A DNA stretch of 47,211 nt, from NCBI RefSeq assembly GCF_001194135.2, contig NC_068994.1, forward strand, positions 12,077,075-12,124,285, given 5' to 3'. A program made the translations under genes and the position numbers. Under the pieces are notes generated by a model. It ran no database searches. It was given only the letters and a program-made list of their open reading frames with translations, and had not been told where the DNA came from. This DNA is from Octopus bimaculoides (Eukaryota). Position 1 is the stretch's first letter; each line of letters starts with the position of its first letter. Shown piece by piece: positions 23,650 to 35,586 of this stretch.

Positions 23650-24610
23650 CAATTTCCATTGCCTCATCAGTGCTGTTCTGACCTCGTCTACAGAATTCAT
23701 ATTCTTTCCATCCAAATGACTTTGAAGACTGCGGAATAAATGATAATCAGATGGGGCAATGTCCAGTGAATATGTTGGGTGGGACATGGTTTCCCATTCA
23801 GACAGCTCCAACCTTTGGAATGTCATCCTTGCTGTATATGGCCAAGCATTATTCTGATGGAAGAACACCTTTCATCTTGAAAGCAAAGATGGTTGTCTTT
23901 CTTCTAGCGCTGACTTAAGCTGCTTGCTGTAGATCTCCTTTGTTATCATTTAGTTTGGATTTAAAATTTCAAAGTGGACTAAACCTTTCATATCCCACCA
24001 AACAAATAACAACACCTTACGTGGGTGAAGACCTTCTTTAGCCTGGGATGCCGGTGTTTCTCTTTTCCTTACCCACTGTCTTCAGTGCTTGACATTTTTA
24101 TAGAGAACCCATTTCTCGTCACTAGTCACTATTTGGTCCAAAAATAGGTCCATTTGTGAGACGTGACAGCAAAGAGCACACATTCACTCTCTGTGCGCAA
24201 TTAAACTCAGAAAGTTTGTAAGGAACCCATTGATCCAATTTGCTGACTTTTCCGATGGCATGCAGGTGTCTATGAATGGTTGAATGACCAAATCCAAGCA
24301 TCTCTGCTAGTTCCTCAACTGTTACAATGGGATTTTCTTCTACCAGGGTTTCCCCATCAAACTCTACAGATCTTCTAGGATGAAGCTTGTCTCCTAGGCT
24401 GTAGTTTCTGGATCAGAATTTCTGGAACTACCGTTGACACTGGCTTACATTTATGGTCTGCATCAATATTCCTCACCCTTTCCATTGTGTTGTTGCCTTT
24501 ATTGAACTCATAAAGTAAAATATGCCAAATATGCTCCTTTGTCACTTCTATTATAGCTTTGAAAAAATAACTGTTAAAATCGAACTGCACTTTTTAAAAC
24601 TGGCACTAAG
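23650..24610 (-). mobile_element. Decayed mariner element, nearly complete transposase
   Basis: EVTKEHIWHILLYEF (start ATG mutated to ATA), WVPYKL, IVTSDEKWVLY, GLHPRKVLLFVWWDMKG, HQNNAWP, YSLDIAPSDYHLFRSLQ; stops and frameshifts present. Confidence 0.92.
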
Positions 24611-25230
24611 AATAAGACCAAGGTAAAATTATTATCTGCTTTTATAGCAAGTTGATGCAGGTAGTTTATCCTGCCCCACTCTGACTTTTCATGCAATTGA
24701 AAAAACCGCATTTTTCATGGCATGACCCAGTATATACACACTTACACTATAGCTTCTTTCAGTTTCTATTCATCAAATCCAATCACAAGGCTTTGGTTGG
24801 TCCAGGGCTATAGTAGAAGACTATGCAGTGGGACTGAACCCAAAACCATGTGGTTGGGAAGCAAAATTCTTAACCCATTACCTACCAGTGATTTCATATG
24901 AAATCACTTAAAAATTACAAATTTCGTAATTATCTGCCAATATTTACACATATCTAAGCTTTTTGCTATATCTACTAGGTATATTTCTCTGATATTCAAA
25001 TGAGGCTTGCTAATTTTTCACCCAATATCTCTCTTATTTCTATTTAAAATGTTATTTTGAAATGTTATTTTGATCATTCCAGCATATTTCTAAGGCTGTT
25101 TTATGCTAGAAATCAAAGTTTCATTAAAAAAAATCCAGTTAATAGAATTATGGGAGGTAGTGGGTTAATCAATCAACCCTGCCTGTGTCCTGTATATAAC
25201 TTGTATTTCAATTTCTTATTTATTCTCTAC

Positions 25231-26964
25231 NNNNNNNNNNNNNNNNNNNNNNNNNNNNNNNNNNNNNNNNNNNNNNNNNNNNNNNNNNNNNNNNNNNNNN
25301 NNNNNNNNNNNNNNNNNNNNNNNNNNNNNNNNNNNNNNNNNNNNNNNNNNNNNNNNNNNNNNNNNNNNNNNNNNNNNNNNNNNNNNNNNNNNNNNNNNNN
25401 NNNNNNNNNNNNNNNNNNNNNNNNNNNNNNNNNNNNNNNNNNNNNNNNNNNNNNNNNNNNNNNNNNNNNNNNNNNNNNNNNNNNNNNNNNNNNNNNNNNN
25501 NNNNNNNNNNNNNNNNNNNNNNNNNNNNNNNNNNNNNNNNNNNNNNNNNNNNNNNNNNNNNNNNNNNNNNNNNNNNNNNNNNNNNNNNNNNNNNNNNNNN
25601 NNNNNNNNNNNNNNNNNNNNNNNNNNNNNNNNNNNNNNNNNNNNNNNNNNNNNNNNNNNNNNNNNNNNNNNNNNNNNNNNNNNNNNNNNNNNNNNNNNNN
25701 NNNNNNNNNNNNNNNNNNNNNNNNNNNNNNNNNNNNNNNNNNNNNNNNNNNNNNNNNNNNNNNNNNNNNNNNNNNNNNNNNNNNNNNNNNTTTTTTTTTT
25801 TTTTTTTTGCTCTTCCTCTTACACTTTCTGATTTTTATCACACCTGAATATTTATTTAATCCTCATTATCTCTACATGCCAAATTTTTCTGACCAAAATT
25901 GACTGTCAAAAAAAACAGGTAGGTTGTCTTATAGATCAAAACGACTTTGAAAAGCCAAAGGTTACATGGGGAACGCAGCAGAATTTGGACAGATAGTGAC
26001 AACATATGAATGTTTACACTATATTTGTCAACTTGTATGCCTGAAAATAAAATACAGTAATTATCTTTCATAGCAAACTAATATCAAAAACATTAGGGTT
26101 CCTCTCTTTAGCCCCAGTAAGTTTGTGATTTCTACAAAACTTATATAAAGCCTACATCTCTCTTTTTTTTTTTTTTTTTTTTTNNNNNNNNNNNNNNNNN
26201 NNNNNNNNNNNNNNNNNNNNNNNNNNNNNNNNNNNNNNNNNNNNNNNNNNNNNNNNNNNNNNNNNNNNNNNNNNNNNNNNNNNNNNNNNNNNNNNNNNNN
26301 NNNNNNNNNNNNNNNNNNNNNNNNNNNNNNNNNNNNNNNNNNNNNNNNNNNNNNNNNNNNNNNNNNNNNNNNNNNNNNNNNNNNNNNNNNNNNNNNNNNN
26401 NNNNNNNNNNNNNNNNNNNNNNNNNNNNNNNNNNNNNNNNNNNNNNNNNNNNNNNNNNNNNNNNNNNNNNNNNNNNNNNNNNNNNNNNNNNNNNNNNNNN
26501 NNNNNNNNNNNNNNNNNNNNNNNNNNNNNNNNNNNNNNNNNNNNNNNNNNNNNNNNNNNNNNNNNNNNNNNNNNNNNNNNNNNNNNNNNNNNNNNNNNNN
26601 NNNNNNNNNNNNNNNNNNNNNNNNNNNNNNNNNNNNNNNNNNNNNNNNNNNNNNNNNNNNNNNNNNNNNNNNNNNNNNNNNNNNNNNNNNNNNNNNNNNN
26701 NNNNNNNNNNNNNNNNNNNNNNNNNNNNNNNNNNNNNNNNNNNNNNNNNNNNNNNNNNNNNNNNNNNNNNNNNNNNNNNNNNNNNNNNNNNNNNNNNNNN
26801 NNNNNNNNNNNNNNNNNNNNNNNNNNNNNNNNNNNNNNNNNNNNNNNNNNNNNNNNNNNNNNNNNNNNNNNNNNNNNNNNNNNNNNNNNNNNNNNNNNNN
26901 NNNNNNNNNNNNNNNNNNNNNNNNNNNNNNNNNNNNNNNNNNNNNNNNNNNNNNNNNNNNNNNN
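25231..26964. other. Two assembly gaps (560 N at 25231-25790; 781 N at 26184-26964)
   Basis: N runs; likely to hide PCMTD1 coding sequence. Confidence 0.9.
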
Positions 26965-26999
<35 letters not shown>

Positions 27000-27164
27000 T
27001 ACGAAGGGCTTCTTTCAGTTTCTGTCTACCAAATCCATTCACAAAGCTTTGGTCGGCCCGAGGCTATAGTAGAAGACACTTGCCCAAGGTGCCACGTAGT
27101 GGGACTGAACCTGGAACCATGTGGTTGGTAAGCAAGCTACTTACCACACAGCCACTCCTGTGCC
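26965..27164 (-). mobile_element. SINE family A, 5' half (rest in gap)
   Basis: Consensus match up to the N-gap. Confidence 0.88.
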
Positions 27165-27327
27165 TATTGTTGATACTTTTCAAGCAACAATGGCAGGGCT
27201 GCAACATGGCCACGGCCAAGTGGCTAAGTCCCATAACAAAAATAGTAGTCGTCTATTACTACATCTCACTTCATTATTATTATTATTATTATTGTTGTTG
27301 TTTTTGTTTTTATATTATGTTGTTAAG

Positions 27328-27602
27328 GCCCTTATGGAATAAATCATGGGATTGAAATTCACCCAGATGTAGTGGAATATGCCAACGAGAGACTGGAAGA
27401 GTTCAAAGCCAAGTCGGAGATGTTCGATGAATTTGATTTCTGCGAACCAAAGTTTACAGTTGGCAACTGCTTACAGCTCGGTTCTGGAATCCGCCTTTAT
27501 GATCGCGTCTACTGTGGCGCTGCTTGTCCAGCCGAACATGAAAACTACATGAAGAATTTAATCAGCGTTGGAGGCATTCTTGTTATGCCCCTCAAAGAAC
27601 AG
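27328..27602 (+). CDS. PCMTD1: PCMTD1/2-like, internal coding exon (methyltransferase-like domain)
   Basis: tgttaag|GC CCT TAT..., i.e. (G)PYGINHGIEIHPDVVEYANERLEEF...EFDFCEPKFTVGNCL...YDRVYCGAAC...HENYMKNLISVGGILVMPLKEQ|gtaatg. Closely matches remembered vertebrate PCMTD1 ([23 protein letters not shown]...YDRIYCGAGV...GGILVMPIEDQ). 275 nt, phase 1 to phase 0. Confidence 0.95.
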
Positions 27603-27665
27603 GTAATGTTGTTGTTTTTTTGTAGTTGTTAATTTTGGTGGGGGGAGGGGTTGGAGGGGGGTACT

Positions 27666-28043
27666 TACTCTTTTACTTGTTTCAGTCATTTGACTGGCCA
27701 TGCTGGAGCACCGCCTTTAGTCGAGCAAATCGACCCCAGGACTTATTCTTTGTAAGCCTGGTACTTATTCTATCGTTCTCTTTTGCCGAACCGCTAAGTT
27801 ACGGGGACGTAAACACACCAGCATCGGTTGTCAAGCGATTTTGGGGGGACAGGCACAGACACGCAAACACATACACACATACATATATATATATGCATAT
27901 ATACAATAGGCTTCTTTCAGTTTCCGTCCACCAAATCCACTCAAGGCTTTGGTTGACCCGAGGCTATAGTAGAAGACATTTGCCCAAGGTGCCACACAGT
28001 GGGACTGAACCTGGAACCATGTGGTTGGTAAGCAAGCCACTTC
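27666..28043 (-). mobile_element. SINE family A, near full length, intronic in PCMTD1
   Basis: Consensus match. Confidence 0.9.
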
Positions 28044-28846
28044 ACAACTTGAAAAAGAATCTTTCAAATGCCGTTTTCTTTCCCATAATTTTAAGCTTAA
28101 ACTTGGTTATGTGGTTTAAGAAGTTCACTTTGCAATCACATGGTTTTTAGTTCAATTCCACTGTATGGCCTTGCAAGAGAAATTTAATGAACAGAAATCA
28201 TCATCATCAATAATTGTCTTAATTTCCACTTTTCCATGCCTGCGTGGGTCTGATGAAATCCATTGAGGCAGATTTTTCATGGCCTGATGCTCCTTCTGTC
28301 ACCAACCTTCATCTGTTTCCAAGTAAGGTAATATTTCCCCATGGCCAGACATGGAGTATTGGAAACAAAATATCATTTCTATGATTTACAACCATCATGT
28401 GATATCAAAACAGGGGCACACACACACACACACATGCTTGTACATGCCAGGCTTCTTTCATTTTCTGTCTACCACTTTCACTCATAAGGCTTTGTTTTCT
28501 GTCTCTGTCCGTATCCATATGCTTCTGCATGCACACGTGTGTGTGTGTTTGCTTCCAACACCAAAAAATATTGCCACCAGAATGGCTTCAATGTTCAGTC
28601 AACCATGTAAATTGCCAGTGTCCAAGCAGCCACTCCCAATTGCTGTGTTCTGTGTTTCCTTGGAAAAGGGAGACTTAGATGCATGAGCAACTGCTAGTCT
28701 TCCATTAAGAGGAAACCTTACACACACTTGCATCTTAGAGATAAATCCTCTCAGTACAGAAGCCCATATTGATGACCAAAGTGGGAATTAATAAATATAA
28801 AATACTGATTTAAACTAACTTTTCTCTTTTTTCTTTCTTCTTCCAG

Positions 28847-28964
28847 CTGGTCCAGACCTGTCGAGTCAGTGAAATTTCATGGGAGACCAAAATTGTGCTA
28901 CCCGTATCCTTTGCCTCTCTTATTCTGCCAACCAAAAGCCAGGCTTCAAATGTCTGTGAATTAC
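28847..28964 (+). CDS. PCMTD1: PCMTD1/2-like, internal coding exon
   Basis: Polypyrimidine tract ttccag|CTG...TTA C|gtaagt. LVQTCRVSEISWETKIVLPVSFASLILPTKSQASNVCEL corresponds to vertebrate LTQIMRTGQNTWESKNILAVSFAPLV. 118 nt; phases fit both neighbours. Confidence 0.93.
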
Positions 28965-29733
28965 GTAAGTTCTCTTTCTATAATTTCTTTTTACTTTTTG
29001 TTTCTTTTTGCCTCTTCTCTCTGTCTTTCTCTCTTCTGTCATCTGTCTTTTTTCTTCTGTATTTCTGTTTAATTTTCTTTCTTTCTCTTTCTGTTACTCA
29101 AAAGCTATTATCTCTCTCTCTCTCTCTCTCTCTCCAACGGTCAGATGTTTTTTCACACAAATGTTTTTGCTTTTTTTTCTAATTTGACATCTTTCTTATT
29201 AGTAATCCACTAGTCTCCTGTTGAAGAGATTTTTCATTTTAAGTTTCGTTCTGTTATACACATCTATGTAAACTATGGTTTATACATTTGGAAAGCCTTG
29301 GGTTATTTTCTGTGCCTATGTCAACTCTGCATTTATTGTTTGGTAATATATTAATTTTGTTTAAACACTGTCCAGAGGTCGTTTCTCTGCTAAGTATTAA
29401 AAGCCAGCATTATTAAAAAGTGGCATAAGGTGGCACGCTGGGTGAAATGCTTAGTGGTATTATTATTATTATTATACCCCTTTCTTATTTTTTCTGATCA
29501 GGCTCCCGTAGCTTTTATGGGTTTTTCCACATGTAACCTTTCGAAGCGCTTCCCCCTATTGGAATTTTATTTGTTATATCTTTCTCCGTTTTTCCTTTGT
29601 TTACACGAACGTTTTTCTACCTTTCGGACAAAGCCCTTTTGTAACCTTCGTCCTGTCTTTGGCCTTACATGGTTTTGATTTATATTAGCCCTTGTGGCCA
29701 ATAAAACGAATTAATTATTATTATTATTATTAA

Positions 29734-29965
29734 GGCGGCGAGCTGGCAGAATCGTTAGCACACCGGTCGAAATGCTTAGCGGTATTTCGTCTGCCGTTAC
29801 GTTCTGAGTTCAAATTCCGCCGAGGTCGACTTTGCTTTTCATCCTTTCGAGGTCGATTAAATATGTACCAGTTACGCACTGGGATCGGCGTTATCGACTT
29901 AATCTGTTTGTCTGTCCTTGTTTGTCCCCTCTATGTTTATTTAGCCCCTTGTGGGCAATAAAAAA
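29734..29965 (+). mobile_element. SINE family B, young full-length copy in a (TTA)n tract
   Basis: ggcggcgagctggcagaatcgttagc...gaggtcgactttgcttttcatcctttcgaggtcga...gcaataaaaaa; CpGs retained. Other copies at about 19560-19770(-), 37308-37490(+) and 42592-42743(+). Confidence 0.88.
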
Positions 29966-30045
29966 ATTATTATTATTATTATTCATGAAGTTTAAATTAT
30001 TTGTAACATTTGTTTTTTTTCTTTTCTTTTTTCTTTATATTTCAG

Positions 30046-31412
30046 CTGAAGTAACCATGCCAACTTTACAGGAAGCCGCGAGATTAACCATTCGATGCAT
30101 TCTGCGTGACCTGATCCTGGAAAGCCACCAAGACAAACAGCCACCCAGCAAGTGCTCACGGAAGACTGGCATCAAGTTCCAGATGATGCTGCAGAACTTC
30201 TCCAGTGAAGACGAGGGAGAAGGGGAAGATGATGATGACTACGAAGACGACGACGACGACTACGAGGACGATGGCGTTGACCAAGATTCCACCTCAAGTT
30301 CCGGTCGGGGCCAGAGTTCTGACCCAGACCAAAACAAAGATGACAGTGAAATGCCGTCCAGCGCAAACCCCAGGCGTCGAGTGGGCTCAAAGATCTCCAA
30401 GTCCAGTGATAAGATGGATGTTGATGAGCCAGGAGATGGCACATCGACACCACGTGCCAGGAAACTTGCACGCTACCGTTTCTTCTCACGCAGCGGACCG
30501 AAAGAAGGTATTCTCATCAGCACGGGGGGCAGCAGGGAAGAGGAAGAGGACATGCTGTACCACATAGAGGGCGCTGGCAGCAGAATTAGTCGCCGTAGTA
30601 GCAGACGAGGAGAGAGGAACTCAACAGCGGTGGTGGCGGCGGCAGCAGCAGCAGCATCTGGAGGAGGAACAGTTGCAGAAAGGTGTCCCTTGAAACCCCA
30701 AGAAGAGCAGCAGCCTGGAGCCTTTGCATCCTCATCACCATCTTTTAATCTGAACGAGCCACAAGAGATGCTCACGGAAGAGGAAGAAGAGGAGGAGGAG
30801 GAGGAGGAGGACGACTCTGATTCCGACGACGAAGACGAGAACTTTGGCTTCACCAATGCAAACCTGCTGAATGGCAATATGCCTGTGCAGCAAGAGAAGG
30901 ATGAGAAAGAGACAGAGCAACAGGAGGAAGAAATGGCATGTACTGAGACCATAACTAGCACTTCGGCAACGGCTCCTGTGACCCCAACTGCCACTGCGTC
31001 CACCGCCGCCAACAACAACACCACCTCTACTACCACCACCGACGCCACCACTACCAACATCATTGTCGGCAAGCAGTGGTGGTCATCAACTAGTCCGAGC
31101 AACGACACGTCTGGCACTGTCGGAGTGACCGGTGACCAGTCGGACATTGACTGTGGGACGAAAAACAGTGGGACAGGCAACAGCGACAACAGTAGCAATC
31201 GTAGGGGTAGTAGGAAAGACAGTAGTAGCGGAAGTAACAAAGATTCACCAGGCACTGACAGCGGTGCTTGGTCACAGGGTTCCGGTTACAACCTCACTGA
31301 GGGCACTGAGCGTGCTCCGAGGGTGTCCATCACGAAATATATGAAGGAGCGAGTAGAGAAGCTGCCCCTGCCACCCGCACTCAAGTCTTTCCTCATGTAC
31401 TACAGGCTGTGA
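30046..31412 (+). CDS. PCMTD1: PCMTD1/2-like, terminal coding exon (split SOCS box with long acidic/low-complexity insert)
   Basis: ttcag|CT GAA...; BC-box-like TLQEAARLTIRCIL (30063-30104); open frame to the Cul5-box-like LPLPPALKSFLMYYRL* (31362-31412). GC-rich relative to the flanks. Confidence 0.92.
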
Positions 31413-32450
31413 GCACAAGTTTTGGCTGTGAGTGCAAGCAACCTCCCCCAGCCCACACTCCACTCTTATTTCCTCTTTCTCTTCTTCTCCCACCTACTGC
31501 CCCCCTTTTTTTTTTCTTTTTTTTTTATTATCCTTCAGGAAACTGTTGGCACTGAAATGAGAGCTTGTTGTTGTTGTTGTTGTGGTTTCTGGGGGTTGGG
31601 GTAAGGGCTTAAACAGACAACACACAGAGGTGGAGGACAAAATATAGCAACAGTGATAACACTGGGTGGGGTGGGACTGGTGATGATGACTACAGGCAGA
31701 CAAAGCAATAGGGTGGTGGGAAAGGGGTAAGTAATGATTGACAATAAGGGTCAGAGATGAAGGGCTGATGGCAACAAAGGGAAACGATGGCCACAATGAC
31801 AGACAAGGATGGATTCAAGCAGCAACAATGGACAGGGACGAATCAGGCTATGATGATGGACAGATGGACATGGTTGACATATGTATGACACACACCAGTG
31901 ATTATGGCTTATTGACCTCGGATGAATGAGTCAACACAAGAGGAGGAGTCAATTGACGGTCTTTGTGGGTTTTCAGTGGTGGGTGGGTGGGGTTGGTTTG
32001 ACATGTCATCGCTGTTGTGGGAAAACTGTTCTCTTTCCTCTTTCCCCTCCCCTCTCTTTCTCATTCTCCAAGTGACGCGTCTGACAAACTGTGATAAGAC
32101 AGATCAACAACAACAGCAAAAAATTTAGAGGTTTGTTTCGAGGAGGNNNNNNNNNNNNNNNNNNNNNNNNNNNNNNNNNNNNNNNNNNNNNNNNNNNNNN
32201 NNNNNNNNNNNNNNNNNNNNNNNNNNNNNNNNNNNNNNNNNNNNNNNNNNNNNNNNNNNNNNNNNNNNNNNNNNNNNNNNNNNNNNNNNNNNNNNNNNNN
32301 NNNNNNNNNNNNNNNNNNNNNNNNNNNNNNNNNTAGGGATCTAGGGATGGGAGGAAGGTATTGATATCAAAGGGGTGAGGATTTAAAGCAAAAATTGAAA
32401 AAGAAAGGACAACTGGGTTGGCACGGTTTTTGTATATATTTATATATACT

Positions 32451-32489
<39 letters not shown>

Positions 32490-33229
32490 GTATGTATGTA
32501 TATACTTGTGTGTGTATACAATGGTGATGTCATGGTGCATTTATGAATTGGATACAATGGTTTTATACAGCATTAGCATCATCTCAATCAACAACAATTA
32601 TCATATCATACCTGTAATGTGATGTGACATAGTAATTGTGTGTGTGTGTTTGTGTTTGTCTGTTTGCACATGTGTGTGTGTGTGTGCACAGAATCTTTGT
32701 GACTGTCAACTACCTGTGGTGTTTCAGGAGAGCAAGGTGGTATGTAATAACATACAACACACACAAAAAAAAGACTAAAAAAAAAAATTAAAAAATAAAG
32801 AGCCGGCTTAAAATGCCTGTTCCTTTCTCCTCCTCCTCCTCCTTCTTTTTCTTCTTGATTGGCTACTACTTGATCTTTATCCATTCTTGTTTCCAGCTAT
32901 CTCTACTGCAATGGCTAGTGTTTTCAATGCACAAAAAAACCGAAGCACACTGCAGCATCATTGGTGTGCTTGTGCACATGTGTGCACATGTGCACACATA
33001 TATGAGGTGCATTTATTTTTTTTTTTTTTTTATGTATGTATGTATGTATGTATGTCTACCTATATGTATGTATGTATGTTCATTGTACACACACATCCAT
33101 ACATTGAAAAACAATCACATGCACAAACATATACACATCCTTTTGTTACATACATTCATTACATACATATATAAAAACATTCATATAACTCATGTATGCA
33201 GTTTCACACAAACTCATTCCCATGTGTAT

Positions 33230-33263
33230 GTGTGTGTATATATATATACTCACATACATACAC

Positions 33264-33298
<35 letters not shown>

Positions 33299-33386
33299 CA
33301 GTGACGATGATGCTAGTGTTGCTGTTTCCCAGCATGGCTATAACTGTGAATGACTAAAGCCAATAAAAAGAGTATGTGTGTGTGTA

Positions 33387-33430
<44 letters not shown>
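33230..33430. repeat. (TA)n/(TG)n microsatellites (representative; dozens occur in the window)
   Basis: Direct reading. Many such tracts abut N-gaps. Confidence 0.95.
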
Positions 33431-34089
33431 NNNNNNNNNNNNNNNNNNNNNNNNNNNNNNNNNNNNNNNNNNNNNNNNNNNNNNNNNNNNNNNNNNNNNN
33501 NNNNNNNNNNNNNNNNNNNNNNNNNNNNNNNNNNNNNNNNNNNNNNNNNNNNNNNNNNNNNNNNNNNNNNNNNNNNNNNNNNNNNNNNNNNNNNNNNNNN
33601 NNNNNNNNNNNNNNNNNNNNNNNNNNNNNNNNNNNNNNNNNNNNNNNNNNNNNNNNNNNNNNNNNNNNNNNNNNNNNNNNNNNNNNNNNNNNNNNNNNNN
33701 NNNNNNNNNNNNNNNNNNNNNNNNNNNNNNNNNNNNNNNNNNNNNNNNNNNNNNNNNNNNNNNNNNNNNNNNNNNNNNNNNNNNNNNNNNNNNNNNNNNN
33801 NNNNNNNNNNNNNNNNNNNNNNNNNNTGTTGTGGGGTATGTCAGTGCTGTTCTATTTATATACAACACACTAGTTTAATCTGTATATATTTCTATGTTAT
33901 GCTATGATTATTTATACATTTACCAGCCGGCATGGTGATCCTGGCACTTGACCTCCTTGTAGTTTTATAATATATCTGTGCATGTATGTGTGCGTGCGTG
34001 TGTGTATGACAATGTATGTCAGTGGTGTGTGTGTATTTGTGTTTGAATGTGTATATATTTGTGTATCTGCAAAAGAGCTGTGAGTGTTT

Positions 34090-34127
<38 letters not shown>

Positions 34128-35194
34128 CATTGATGATACTGATTTATTACAAAAAGTAAACAAGTAGAATAATGCAGAGATTTGATGTTTGTGTCTCCAT
34201 TTTATAACTTTATTTGCCTGAGATCGAAAATAAAAATAAATCGTTAAGGAAAGAAAAAAAAAACAAAGGAAAAGAAAGTAAAACAGTGGAATATGAAGAA
34301 AATAGTGATGGTCTCTGTTGGCAAATGGTTAAATATTAAAACACTCACAAAAAAAAAGAATATTTATTGGTTTGCTGTGAGGATGAAGACTATTAAGTCA
34401 AATATTTTGAGCAGTGTTAGCCCGTCATCAATACAATGTTCTGTCTTCTCTGATGAAAATCTCTGCTTGAAACTATCAGATCTTTTTCCTCTTATTGACA
34501 GCAAACTTAATTCATTCTGCTTTGTGCAGTGTTAATTTAATAAGAACACACTTGTAAATGTATAACAATTTATATATGCTTATAAAGAATGAATGAATGA
34601 ATAAACGAATAAGTGTGAGTTTGAATGTTTGATGGATGCTTGCTTGTTCATTTGTTTTGTTTTGTTTTTTTATTCTGAATAGAAATGGTTCAATGGTTTA
34701 GTTGTTGATTTTTTTCTTTTTATTCTTTTCAATTGTTTATATTTGTAAAATACATTTGTTTTTTCTATTAATTAATTATTAAAAAGAGTAGAATGATTTA
34801 CATTTAAAAGGAAAAGGATAAAAAAAAGTGTTACCAAATTTTTTTTTTAATGAAAACTTTACATTTGTTTCTTCTCTATTTTTTTTTCTTTTCTTTTAAT
34901 CCTTCCAATAAAATTAATATTTGAATAAAGAAATCTTATTTGTAAAACATTATAAAAAAAAACCCAACATATTTCAAATTTATGGGGGTTATTAAATTTT
35001 ATATTAATCCATGCTGGTGTGCATAGGTAGATAGATACATTGTGTGGATGCAAGTTACATTGCTGGAAAAAAGAATCCTATGTTATCAACAACAAGTTGT
35101 TAATTCCTGGCCAGCCCCTAATTTAACAGATCTAAAATCTAATATGTTCCATCTGTGACAATCCTGTATTTTGTTTCCGATTACATTATCTTTT

Positions 35195-35586
35195 ATTTGT
35201 TTTTTCATTTGACTGTGACCATGCTAGAGCACTACCTTGACGGGTTTTAGTTGAATAAATCAACCCCAGGACTTTTTTTTTAAGCCTAGTACTCATTCTA
35301 TCAGTCTCTTTTGTCAAACTAAGTTATGGGGATGTAAACACACTAACACCGGTTGTCAAGCGCTGATGGGGGTACAAACATATAAAGACAGACACACACA
35401 CACACATACATACATACATATATATGATGGGCTTTTTTTGGGTTCGTCTACCAAATCCACTCACACGGCTTTGGTTGACCCGAGGCTATAGTAGAAAAGG
35501 CTTGCCTAAGGTGCCACACGGTGAGACTGAACTCAGAATCATGTGACTGGGAAGCAAGCTTCTTACCACAAAGCCACTCCTGCACC
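35195..35586 (-). mobile_element. SINE family A, full length, diverged
   Basis: Consensus match. Confidence 0.85.

Noticed and set aside
25150-25200. ATGGGAGGT (MGG) as the PCMTD1 start codon
   Set aside because: Continues SGLINQPCLC, unlike the conserved MGGAVSxGEDND; the ATG at about 25966 (MGNAAEF...) also fails.
25057-27042. Long ORFs rich in X (also 1266-1666, 32091, 33338-33907, 44628-45111)
   Set aside because: Artefacts of reading through N-gaps.
29832-30045. N-terminal part of the 526-aa ORF
   Set aside because: Intronic SINE-B and polypyrimidine tract; the real exon starts at the acceptor at 30046.
30473-31255. 260-aa minus-strand ORF and other overlapping ORFs (30172-30567, 31090-31493)
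   Set aside because: Antisense or alternative-frame shadows of the GC-rich, triplet-repetitive PCMTD1 exon; no recognisable domain.
32334-32352. Telomere-like TAGGG repeats
   Set aside because: Only two imperfect units next to a gap.
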